Shown: one piece after another, positions 21,057-30,641 of the stretch
Position numbering within the stretch: the stretch's first letter is position 1
How the letters are laid out: each line of letters begins with the position of its first letter
Assembly: GCA_963847705.1 (NCBI GenBank)
Contig: CAWKBC010000047.1
Location: 96,001-160,000, forward strand
Direction: 5' to 3'
DNA: 64,000 bases
Origin: an uncultured Pseudomonadota bacterium
GTDB taxonomy: Bacteria; Myxococcota_A; Polyangia; Fen-1088
Notes under the pieces: model-generated
Seen by the model: the letters and a program-made list of their open reading frames with translations, nothing else
Database searches by the model: none
What the model was told of the DNA's origin: nothing
Program-made: the position numbers and the translations under genes

Positions 21057-22235
21057 TTACAGAAAATAGTGGATCTGCAGAAACAGCGTGTTGGCCGCAC
21101 TGCCGCCGGAGGGGAACTGCACGCGCTCCATCAACTGCAGCTCGAAGTGCGCGTACGGGAACCAGTTGACCAGGAAGGTCCCGGCGGTGTACGCGTCGTT
21201 GATCTGCACGTCGACCTGGTTGCGCTCGCCGAGCGCCGTGATCATCACGCCTCGCACCGGGAACAGCGTGAAGCCGGCGGCGCCCACGATCTGCTGGGTG
21301 GAGCTGTCGCCGAGATCGGTGAAGACGTTGTTGATGACGTCGATCTCGCCGAGCAGCAGCGTGTGCAGCCCCTCGAGGTATCCCTTTCCGACGGCGCCGA
21401 CCATCAGCTTGGTCACGCCCGGATCGATCGCCACGCGCATCTGGCCGGCGATCGCGATCGTGTCCTCGTGGAAGCGTGTCTCCGCGTAGGCGGCGAACCC
21501 CCTCTCGTCGCTGCCGATGTGGCGGACGAAGTCGGGCGCGAAGACCGTCAGGTGCAGCTCCGCGTTGGGATAGACGAAGCCGCCCGAGACGTTGTACGTC
21601 TCTTCCCCCTCGTCGTACCCCAGGTCGCGGTCGATGTAGAGGATGTGCTCGGCCATCCGCAGGCCGTACGGGGCGAAGAACCGACCGACGCGGAGGTAGG
21701 GCCCGACCGCCTCCGGTTCCCACATCAGGTAGTGCTCGGGCGAGATGAGCTGCGAGGTGGAGACCGGTTGAAAGTTCTGGTACGGCACCAGCAAATCGGG
21801 ATCCCGCACCTGGCCGCGCAGGCCGAGCGACGCCAGCAGGGAGAGCCCGGCCGGTAGCGCCACCCGGCCTTGGACCTCCGCCTGCATCGGAAACACCGCC
21901 ACCGTGGGGCCGCCGGGGTCCTGGACGTCCTGATCGACGACGGCGCCGCGGAGGTCGCCCCCGAGCGCGAGCCAGCTGGGGAGGCTCACCGCGCCATGGA
22001 GAAACGCGCCGTTGCCGCCGAACGAGGAGAGCTCATCACCGACGGCGTCTCGCCCATAGCTGTTGATGAGGCCGCCGCCCGCGGGGGCGTAGTGGCACTG
22101 GTTGCAGCGGACAGCGCCGGTGGAGAGCTGGTACTGCGGGTAAGCGCGCGCCGGGCGTTCACCGAGCCAGAGCAGCGCCGCCGCAACGAGCAGGGACGCC
22201 CATTGCGTCGTTCGGAACCGCGGGAAACGAGGCAT
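21057..22235 (-). CDS. Cyc2-like monoheme cytochrome c / beta-barrel porin fusion
   Basis: Signal peptide ending ARA, then YPQYQLSTGAVR-CNQCH-..LINSYGR, then about 330 aa of amphipathic beta strands ending LQIHYFL. Confidence 0.7.
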   Translation of the reverse strand: MPRFPRFRTTQWASLLVAAALLWLGERPARAYPQYQLSTGAVRCNQCHYAPAGGGLINSYGRDAVGDELSSFGGNGAFLHGAVSLPSWLALGGDLRGAVVDQDVQDPGGPTVAVFPMQAEVQGRVALPAGLSLLASLGLRGQVRDPDLLVPYQNFQPVSTSQLISPEHYLMWEPEAVGPYLRVGRFFAPYGLRMAEHILYIDRDLGYDEGEETYNVSGGFVYPNAELHLTVFAPDFVRHIGSDERGFAAYAETRFHEDTIAIAGQMRVAIDPGVTKLMVGAVGKGYLEGLHTLLLGEIDVINNVFTDLGDSSTQQIVGAAGFTLFPVRGVMITALGERNQVDVQINDAYTAGTFLVNWFPYAHFELQLMERVQFPSGGSAANTLFLQIHYFL

Positions 22236-22340
22236 GCCGGGCCGGTGCCGCGCGTATATCCCGGAGGTGCTGGCCTGGGGGTGACGACCCTGCAACATGC
22301 TCGCGTCGGGGCCGCGCAGGTGCGTCCCACCAAGGTGTGA

Positions 22341-23777
22341 TCAGACGGCCGGCTGGCGGCGCGCACCGAGCCATCGCCGTCCGAGCTGAAGCCCCGCGGC
22401 GAGGAGCAGAACGGCGACAATCAGAAGCGCGAGTCGTTGCACCTGCCGGCGGCGAATGGCCTGCATGCCCGCCTCCATCTTGGCCAGCGCCGCCGCGCTC
22501 ACCCCGAGGCCGCGGGCGCGATCGAGGAGGCCGAGCGCGCTCGTGCGGTCACGCTTCTCCACGGCCAGCGCCCACTGCAGCGACACGGTCTTGGGATCGT
22601 TCGGCGCCAGCCTGGCGAGCTTGGCGGTGCAGGCCTCGAGGGCCGCGATGTCCTTGAACCGGAGATCCACCTCGCAGCGAAGCATCGTCGGCACGGTGCC
22701 GTCCTTCGCCTCCTCCTCCATGTGCTTGATGACGGCCTCCAGCTCCTTTCGTTCGTCGGCGGGCAGTGGCCCCGTCGCCCCCAGCACCATCGACACGAAG
22801 CGGGTGTAGTCGGCTGCCGTGGAACCGAGACGCGAGATGGCGGACCGACAGGCCTGGATCGCCTTCGGGAGGTCTCCGGCCGCTTCCAACTCGAAGCACA
22901 TCTGGCGGGGCGGATAGGCCACGGTCGGAGCCGCCTTGGCGAGCGCACCATAAAAGCGGGCCGCGGCGGCATGATCGCCCCGCTTGGACAACGACTCCGC
23001 TTTCGCCGCCAGATCCTGCAGAAGGTAGCCGTATTGCAACGGCTCGCGGGTCGCGACATCTGGTGCGGGGATGCCGGCTTCGGGATCCGCATCGTCGATC
23101 TTGAAATCGCTGAGGTGATCCTTGGCCGCCGTCATCTGCGCGGACGCCGCGCCGCCGCCCAATCCGAAGCTCACGAGGCACACGGCGAGCGACGCAACCG
23201 AGGGGACGCGCCGCCGGCGTGACCGCGCGATCCAGGCCGCGCGGCAAGCATGCACAAACGTACCCAGGAGACCGAGCCCCAGCAGGAGCCGGAAGAGTTT
23301 GACGCCCGTCGAGGGTTGCTCGGCGGCCATGAAGAGCGCCTGCTTCAGGGCGTCGCTTCGGGGCGCGACGCGGCGGAGATCTTCGACGCACGACTCCAGC
23401 AAGCTCGCGCTCCCCAGTCGGCGACCGATATCGCAGCGGGCGAGATATCCCCACGGCTGATAATTCGCCTTTCGAACCGCGGCGTCCGTCATGAGCGTCG
23501 CGATGGCGAGATCGTCCAGCGTCGGGTGCGCGGCGGGGGACACCATGGCGGCCACGTCGTCCCGCATGTCCTCCGGCATGCCGCTCAGAAAGGCGTTGTC
23601 GCAGGCCCTGCGGCTCAGGTACATGGCGCCGCCGGACTCCTCGCGCGCCAGCGCTTTCTTGCAGGTTTCACGCGAGGACATCTGACCCTCGGCGTGTGCG
23701 GGGCGCGCGGCCAAAAGCGTCGCGGCCACGAACGATGCCGACACCAACGCGAGTGCCCCAAATCTCAGCGGCCGCAT
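22341..23777 (-). CDS. Membrane-anchored protein of two homologous helical domains, each with its own signal peptide and C-terminal TM
   Basis: SP1 ends AHA, TM, RSRRRR, SP2 ends ASA, TM-RR. Internal repeat RC[DE]...LE.C...L.R.AP. Confidence 0.75.
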   Translation of the reverse strand: MRPLRFGALALVSASFVAATLLAARPAHAEGQMSSRETCKKALAREESGGAMYLSRRACDNAFLSGMPEDMRDDVAAMVSPAAHPTLDDLAIATLMTDAAVRKANYQPWGYLARCDIGRRLGSASLLESCVEDLRRVAPRSDALKQALFMAAEQPSTGVKLFRLLLGLGLLGTFVHACRAAWIARSRRRRVPSVASLAVCLVSFGLGGGAASAQMTAAKDHLSDFKIDDADPEAGIPAPDVATREPLQYGYLLQDLAAKAESLSKRGDHAAAARFYGALAKAAPTVAYPPRQMCFELEAAGDLPKAIQACRSAISRLGSTAADYTRFVSMVLGATGPLPADERKELEAVIKHMEEEAKDGTVPTMLRCEVDLRFKDIAALEACTAKLARLAPNDPKTVSLQWALAVEKRDRTSALGLLDRARGLGVSAAALAKMEAGMQAIRRRQVQRLALLIVAVLLLAAGLQLGRRWLGARRQPAV

Positions 23778-23928
23778 GGAGGCACCGTACTTATAGGAAA
23801 GGAAAGTCGCATCGTGTGACAGTTGTGAAAACACCCCGCACCGTGGCTTCAAAAGTCGGGAATCGGTGACAATCGGCAGCCCGTAGTTGTGCTAACAGAC
23901 CGCTCCCATGGTCGATGGTTGTTTGCCG

Positions 23929-25581
23929 ATGCGTCGGCTTTGGCTTGGCTTGTTGCTGTGCGGCGCAATGGCCGTTGGCGTGGTGTCTTGTAGCAATACG
24001 GACAACATGGCGCCGTGGACGGCAGGGGGACCGGGGCAGGTCGTGACCTTGAGCAAGGACGCGGGCCACGCTGACGGTGGTCGCGACGCCGCCATGCCGT
24101 CATCGACCGGAGGACACGGGGGAACGGCTCTCGGCACCGGTGGGACCGGCGTGGGAGTCGGTGGAAGCGCCGGAGCGCACGCGGCCGCGGGGGAAAGTGG
24201 TGCGGCCGGGGCCGGTGGGGTTGGTGGCGCCGCTGGAAGTGGCCCCCAGGACGATCCGTGCACGGCCTGCGAAAAATCACGCTGCAGCCATCCCGATCTC
24301 TCAGGCGACAACCCCGCCACCGGTACCGTCACTCACGCCGAGCTCGTCGCCGCCTACGAGGTCTGCTTCATAGGAACGGGCTGGCCGTCGGCGACTCTCG
24401 ATCCGTCTGTAAAATGTCTCCCGGGCGAGACGGGCACCACGGCAATCGACGGGCCCGCCAGCGGAACGGCCAAAACGATCCTCTGCCAGGCGCTTCTGCA
24501 ATGCATCCACCAATCGAAATGCCCCGGACCCGACGACAACGAAACCGATTGTTACTGTGGAGCAGGGGTCGACATCACGACTTGCCGCAGCGCAGGATTC
24601 TCGCCCACCGGCGCCTGCGCCTCGCAAGTCGCCGCGGCCCTGGAGTCGACGGAGTTTTCGACGAGTGGCACCTATTACTTCGATCCGTGCTTGGCCAATG
24701 GCGCTGCGTTTTTCATCTATGACAACTGCGACGCCAACTGCTGCGAAGAGGAATGTGGCCTCACACCGTCCGGGGACGAAGATCTGACCCTCTGCAACGC
24801 GGCCGGTACCGGTGGCGCTGCCGGTGCGGGCGGGACGATCGGCACGGGCGGGGCAACCGGTACGGGCGGCGTGCAAGGGACGGGCGGGACGACCGGCACG
24901 GGCGGGGTGGTCGGTACGGGCGGCGTGCAAGGTGCGGGCGGGACGACCGGCACGGGCGGGGTGGTCGGCACCGGTGGAGTGAGCGGCACGGGCGGGGTAA
25001 CCAGTACCGGCGGCGTGCAAGGTACGGGCGGCACGACCAGCACTGGGGGCCTGGCGGGCTCCGCTGGATCGAGCGGTTCGACGGGAGGTTCGTCGGGCTC
25101 CAGCGGGGCCGGGGGACTTCAGAATGCGACCTTCAACACGAACACGGTGAGTTGGACGCCCGACTCTGGGGCCACGATCAGCTGGAGCACGAATGACGCC
25201 GGCGGCAGCGCCCTGTCGGGCTCACTCGACCTCGAGGTGACGGGCGATCCCACGATCGGCGTCCAGGCGGCCGCCGTGCAGTGCATCTCCGCGAGCCCCG
25301 GCGCCAGCTACAGTCTCGACGCCGATATTCTGATCCCGACCGGAAGCTCGAGCTACGCCTCACTCTGGTTCTACGGCTCGAACGATTGCTCGGGCTCGGC
25401 GCTCAGCGTCGTCGCTTCGACCCCGTCGTTCACCACCGTGACCGCGTGGCAGGAGGTCTTCGCCTCGGCGTCAGCACCGTCGGGCGCTCACTCCGCCGGT
25501 GTTCATCTCCAGGTCGAGAAGTCCGTCGGACAGTCGTCAGGGGAAGCGTTGTTTGACAACGTCATGGTGACCTCGCAATGA
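23929..25581 (+). CDS. Lipoprotein: Cys-rich domain, GTGG linkers, C-terminal CBM-like jelly-roll domain
   Basis: Lipobox VVS-C; (GTGGxx)n; LQNATFN..W...QCI...WQEV...ALFDNV. Confidence 0.78.
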   Translation: MRRLWLGLLLCGAMAVGVVSCSNTDNMAPWTAGGPGQVVTLSKDAGHADGGRDAAMPSSTGGHGGTALGTGGTGVGVGGSAGAHAAAGESGAAGAGGVGGAAGSGPQDDPCTACEKSRCSHPDLSGDNPATGTVTHAELVAAYEVCFIGTGWPSATLDPSVKCLPGETGTTAIDGPASGTAKTILCQALLQCIHQSKCPGPDDNETDCYCGAGVDITTCRSAGFSPTGACASQVAAALESTEFSTSGTYYFDPCLANGAAFFIYDNCDANCCEEECGLTPSGDEDLTLCNAAGTGGAAGAGGTIGTGGATGTGGVQGTGGTTGTGGVVGTGGVQGAGGTTGTGGVVGTGGVSGTGGVTSTGGVQGTGGTTSTGGLAGSAGSSGSTGGSSGSSGAGGLQNATFNTNTVSWTPDSGATISWSTNDAGGSALSGSLDLEVTGDPTIGVQAAAVQCISASPGASYSLDADILIPTGSSSYASLWFYGSNDCSGSALSVVASTPSFTTVTAWQEVFASASAPSGAHSAGVHLQVEKSVGQSSGEALFDNVMVTSQ

Positions 25582-28500
25582 CGACGAGAACGGGCTTCAA
25601 ACGCTGGTCGCGGCCTGGTCTGTGGATCGGGCTCTGGTGCGGGCTGGCGGTCACCGCCGGTTGCGGCCGGCCGGGCGGTCCAACCGCCTACTCGTCCTCA
25701 CAAAGCGAGTTTCCCCTTCCGGACAGCGGCGCCCCTCCACCCCCGATCGGCGCCCAAACGAGTCCGACCTGCACGCCGGCGCAAACCTCGGCAGTGAACG
25801 CTTTCCCCGCCCGAACGACGATTGCGGGCGCGGCGCAGGGCGGAGGATCGCAAGACAACCTCTTCCGAACATCTGACCTCTTCAGCCTGTTCAAAACCGT
25901 ATGTGGCGGCTGCCATGTCGATGCCCCCGACGGCTCGTTCCAGGTTTCGGCCACCAGCTTCGCGACCGTCGTCTCGGGCGCCATGGGGTCCACGGTCCTC
26001 GGTCTCATCGAGTCGGACGATATCTCGACGAACATGCCGCCGTACGGCGTCGCGTATGATTCGCGCGCCTCCAGCGACGCGGTCGTCCAGCTCGCGACCC
26101 TGCTCGACACCTGGCTCATGCAAGGGAGTCCGGCGACCAGCTTCACCCTGCCGACCCAGGCGTCGAGCGCCAGCGCGGGATATGCCATGTCGGCGTCGCT
26201 CGGGGCGCAACTCACCAACCTCGGAAGCTGCATCCCCAACAAGGCCGCCGTGGGTACCAGCGCCGACACGATGGATCAGCTCGATTCCTTTTTTGCCCAG
26301 GCCACCGAGCTTCCGGCGACGCTGGACCAGACCGATTTCGTCTCGCTGGACAGCGCGACCCTGGCCAAGACGGGCGTCATCTCGTACGCGCCGACCTACC
26401 CGCTCTGGAGCGACAACGCGGGCAAGATGCGCTACGTGCGCGTCCCGGTCGGTCAATCGATCGTGTTCGACAAGGCGACGCAGAAGTTCGCGATTCCGCC
26501 GAATACCCGCTTCTACAAGACCTTCCTCAAGCAAGTGACAGACGCCAACGGGAATCCGACCTACCGAAAGATCGAGACGCGCCTCATCGTGTCGCGGCCG
26601 GACACCACGAATCCCGACGGGAGCGCCCAGCAGAACGCGCTGTTCGGCACCTACGTTTGGAACGCGGACGAATCGCAGGCAAATCTCTCGAATCAACCGC
26701 TCCGCAACAATTCGCCCTTCGCCGATCAGCTCTTCACCTATGTCACTGACGAAGCCAAGGACCAGACCATCATTGCCAGCCACCCCGCCAACCTGCCGGC
26801 GGCGGAGGACGCGGCGGGGATCACGCGCCACTACGCGGTCCCCGGATCCGAGCGCTGTGTCCAGTGCCACATGGGGAGCCCCAGCGAGGCCTTCGTCCTC
26901 GGATTCACGCCGCTTCAGGTGGCGCGCCGGCCGGACAGGCGAAGGGGGCGTTTACGAGCCCGCCGCCGGCGACGAGCTGACCCAGGTCCAGCGGCTCATC
27001 GACTACGGCGTCATCACCGGGTCTGACCTCGCAGCAGGACATCCTGCCCCTCGAGGAGGCAGAGGGGTCGCGCTCTCCGCGCAACCAATACGAGCTGAAC
27101 GCGCAGGCTTACATGGTCGGCAACTGCGCGCACTGCCACAACCCGCGCGGCTTCCCGTCGATTCGGCAGCCGGCGATCGCCGACGTCCTCATCTTCCTTC
27201 CTGGGTCAGGCCCGAACGAGGGAATCTTCCAGTTCCCGCTCGAGACGATGAGCCCCATTCGCAAGCGCGGTCTCAATCAGGACGTTCCGATCCCCTACAT
27301 CACCCCTTCGCTCTACGACATGCCCAGCGACGACGCGCTCGGGAAGTACTTCTGTCCGAACGTGGATCGATCCAGCCTGCACCTCATCGGGGGGGCTGCA
27401 ATGGGTCCTGGCTCCCTGGCGCAGCCTCATCTACCGGAACACCGATACGCCATACGATTACTTCGACGACTACACGCCATTTCCCCACATGCCGCTCAAC
27501 ACATCCGGCTACGACTGCCGTGTTGCCAGTCTCATGGGCGACTGGATGGTCAGCATTCCATCGAAGATCAAGAATCCCTCGATGCCGCAGAATGTCTTTC
27601 CCAACGGAACGTTTGCGGGAACGAACGCCAACGACGACATCCAGCCCTACCAGGAGGTCCTTCCGGGCGACAGCGATTACCCCGCCGCGGTGGGTGCCGC
27701 CGCCGCGCGGTTGCAGCAATATCACACCACGGGCTACCGGTACGGTTTCTGTCCGAGCACCTATACGGCCGACATCGTCGATCCCCTCATTGCCGACGAG
27801 GCGGCCCGGAACCTGCCCGTCCTCAGCGACGTCGCTCCTTTCTACAGCCCCACCAACCCCGACTTGCTGATCATGCCGCCCCTGACCCCCATCAGCCCCG
27901 ACTACGTGACACTCGACGATACCGATCCACCTGGTGCCTGGCTGCCACGGCGGCCGGACTGGGCCACGGCGTTGGTGACGCCAGACATCGCTTCGTTCAT
28001 TCAGGCCGAAACCGCGTCGGGCGATCTGGCGACGCCGAGCGAAGCGGAGGATCTGACGAACGTGATGACGGCCTTGGAGAACGTCACGATCACGGACGCC
28101 ACGCGTGCCGCCCTCACGCAGAAGTATCCCTTCGGACTTTGGGACACGAGCACGCCCGGCTGTAACTTCTCGGGCGTTCCGACGGCCGGAAGCTTCACTG
28201 GTGCCGACCAACCTCAGTGGATGAGCGTGGCCCCCCCGCCGTCTCCCAACGCGCCCGTCTTCGTCGAATCGACGGGGGCGGCGATCTTCACCACCGTCTG
28301 CTTCAACTGTCACGGGATCAATGCCGATTCAAAGGGATTGCTGGCGGACGAGATCAGCAGCCTCACCGGTGGAAGCGCCCGGGTGGCTGATTTCCGGGAT
28401 GGGTTCCTTGGTCCGGTCTCGGCACCCGGTATGAACCGGACGGCGGTATTCGGCGATTCCGCGACGACCTTGGGGGTGACGGTCGACGATCTCTCTGCGC

Positions 28501-29300
28501 GCTACATGGCCTGGATGGCTCTCGGCGGAACCAACAAGCACCTGCCCCAGGACGTGTTGACCCAGGTGGCGCTGGCTCCGGTGCTGGGCCAGGTTCGAGC
28601 CCACGTCGCGCAATCGGGAACTCCCGACATGCTTCGGCTGGCCTTGGACCTGTGCGAAGAGCTCGTTGGGTCGGACGCCGACCAGACCACGATCACGATA
28701 TCAAACTTGATCAATACCGGACAAATGGGCTGGAGCCAGTTCACCGGCCTCGTGGACAGCAACGGGGATGCCGAGATGTGGTTGCGGGTTTGCAACCTCG
28801 GCAACAGACAGATCGTCCGCGCGCTCATCCCTCCGGGAGGATGGACGGCGACGACGAGCGCAGGGACCTTGTTCGCCAACGGCCAACACCTGTACTGGGC
28901 GACCAGTCCAACCGGAGACGATTGGTATGGCGCCAATCCCGCGATGGACCAGCTCGGGAACATCCAGACGGGGGTGACGCCCGGGAACCTATTTCCCACC
29001 TGCGTCCTGCCGCCGGCCGCGGCTCAGCTGCCGATCGCACAGCAGGTGCTCCAGGCGTCTCCTGTGTCGGGGAAGAACGTCATTCCCTTCTGCCCGGATG
29101 GCTTCGCGGTGCCGGCCCATCAGTTGACAGTCACGGGCGCCCAGGGCAGCACGGACTTTGTGGACGGCCGGAAGTGGGCCGCGCGCGGCGCCATCAATGC
29201 CGCGCTGGCGGTGTTCCTCTACCTCGATCAGATGGAGCGCGATCCGACGCAGCGACAGCCGCTCTACACGCAGTGCAATCTCCTCGGGGGGCAGCAGTGA
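25578..29300 (+). CDS. Large multiheme c-type cytochrome lipoprotein with SO2930-family diheme core (frameshifted in this assembly)
   Basis: Lipobox TAG-C; CGGCH, CVQCH, CAHCH, CFNCH; YPLWSD.AGK.RY, KTF..IETRLI, TYVWN, AYMVGNCAHCHNP. Frames join through indels near 26935, 27020 and 27365-27420. ATGA overlap with the upstream gene. Confidence 0.75.
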
Positions 29301-30391
29301 CCGCGGCGGCTTGGGTGTCGAACGTCGCTTCGCGGGTCGATCGTTGGCGGCTGCGGCGCGTGCTGGCGTTCAGCGGTGTCGTGATCCTGCCGGCCATCCT
29401 GTCGCTGCTGACGCTCCGCTACGCGCTTCCCTCACGCCTGGCGGTCGCGGGCGGAGGGGTGACGGGCCTTCTCGCAGGGCTGGCCGACGGCTATCCCCTG
29501 TTCGTCGGCCTGGTGATCTTCGTGGCTCTGTCCGAGACCGTCCGATACTGGGGGAAACGCTGGCGTGACGGCGCGTCGGATCTCCAGCCGCGCGCGCGGC
29601 CGTTCGACGTTCGCCGCCTGGCGGTCGGCCTTTTCGCGGTCGTCGTCCTGGCGTTCGTGACGCGGACCTCGCTGGTCGCGACGTACCGGGTCGTGGGCCC
29701 GTCGATGCTGCCGACCCTGGAGATCGGCGATCGGCTGCTCGTGAACCGCCTGGCCTACGGCGTGAAGCTCCCGTTCACGAAGACCTATCTGGGCAAGAAG
29801 TTGCCCAGACGCGGCGACCTGGTCGTGTTTTCGGGCGAAGCGGGCGCCGGGCCCAGCGGGCCCCGGACGTTGGTCAAGCGAGTCATCGGGGTGCCGGGTG
29901 ATCTGATCTCTTTCCGGGACGGCAGCCTTCAAGTCAACGACTGGCGCGTTCCGAGCTGTGACGCAGGCCCGTACACCCAGATGGACGGTCGGCTGACGGT
30001 CCGCGGTCGTCTCACCGTGGAGTATCTCGGAGACCGCACCTATCTGACGGTGCGCAAGCCGGTCGAGAGCCCGTTTTCGGGATATCTCGTGAAGGCGAAC
30101 GAAGTATTCGTGGTGGGCGACGATCGGGGGGTGAGCAGCGATTCTCGCGCCTGGAACGAGGGGCGCGGCGCCGGGGTTCCGATCGACGTCCTCGACGGGC
30201 GGGTCTCGCGCGTCCTGTTTGGCGCGCGTCCCGACGGACGCCTCGATTTCTCGCGCGTGCTCGCGCCAGCGCTCGACCTCAGGGTCCGTATCCCGGGCAT
30301 CGACACCCACAAGGCGGACGAACGGATCGCCAACTGCCTCAACAGGCGACCGACCACGACCTCGCCTCCGCCGGGCCTCGCGGCGCTCTGA
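29297..30391 (+). CDS. lepB: Signal peptidase I with an extra N-terminal multi-TM extension
   Basis: GPSMLPTLEIGDRLLVNR (Ser), LVKRVIGVPGD (Lys), VFVVGDDRGVSSDSR. GTG start overlaps the cytochrome stop. Confidence 0.88.
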   Translation: MTAAAWVSNVASRVDRWRLRRVLAFSGVVILPAILSLLTLRYALPSRLAVAGGGVTGLLAGLADGYPLFVGLVIFVALSETVRYWGKRWRDGASDLQPRARPFDVRRLAVGLFAVVVLAFVTRTSLVATYRVVGPSMLPTLEIGDRLLVNRLAYGVKLPFTKTYLGKKLPRRGDLVVFSGEAGAGPSGPRTLVKRVIGVPGDLISFRDGSLQVNDWRVPSCDAGPYTQMDGRLTVRGRLTVEYLGDRTYLTVRKPVESPFSGYLVKANEVFVVGDDRGVSSDSRAWNEGRGAGVPIDVLDGRVSRVLFGARPDGRLDFSRVLAPALDLRVRIPGIDTHKADERIANCLNRRPTTTSPPPGLAAL

Positions 30392-30409
30392 GCGCCGAGC
30401 CACCAATCA

Positions 30410-30530
30410 CCCGGGCCCTTCGACGCGATGCCGTTGCCGGTCGTGTCCGCTCTGGCGGCGAGCCCGGCTGCTCCGGCTCCCGCGGACAAGAGTGCGGCGC
30501 CTGCGATCGACGGTCTCCTTCGAACCTCTT
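30410..30530 (-). pseudogene. Decayed copy of the 5' end (RBS + signal peptide) of the PstS-like gene
   Basis: Reads (R)RPSIAGAALLSAGAGAAGLAARADTTGNGIASKG versus MRTSIAGAALLLAGAGAAGLAAAADTNGSGIALNG. ATG is replaced by AGG; GAGG is retained. Confidence 0.75.
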
Positions 30531-30583
30531 TCGACCACGCTGGCCGAGCAACCTGGATTCGGCGGGGCGCAAAGCGCTCTCAC

Positions 30584-30619
30584 AAAAAAGGGCCCTTCCA
30601 CCAGACGGCGGAAGGGCCC
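30584..30619 (-). terminator. Rho-independent terminator of the PstS-like gene
   Basis: GGGCCCTTCC/GGAAGGGCCC stem followed by T6 on the minus strand. Confidence 0.85.
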
Positions 30620-30641
30620 CCACTCGCCAACTGACTTCAGA

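Noticed and set aside
24800-25110. GTGG repeats (also at 33940-34160) as a CRISPR-like or DNA-level array
   Set aside because: They are coding Gly/Thr linkers with synonymous variation and no spacers.
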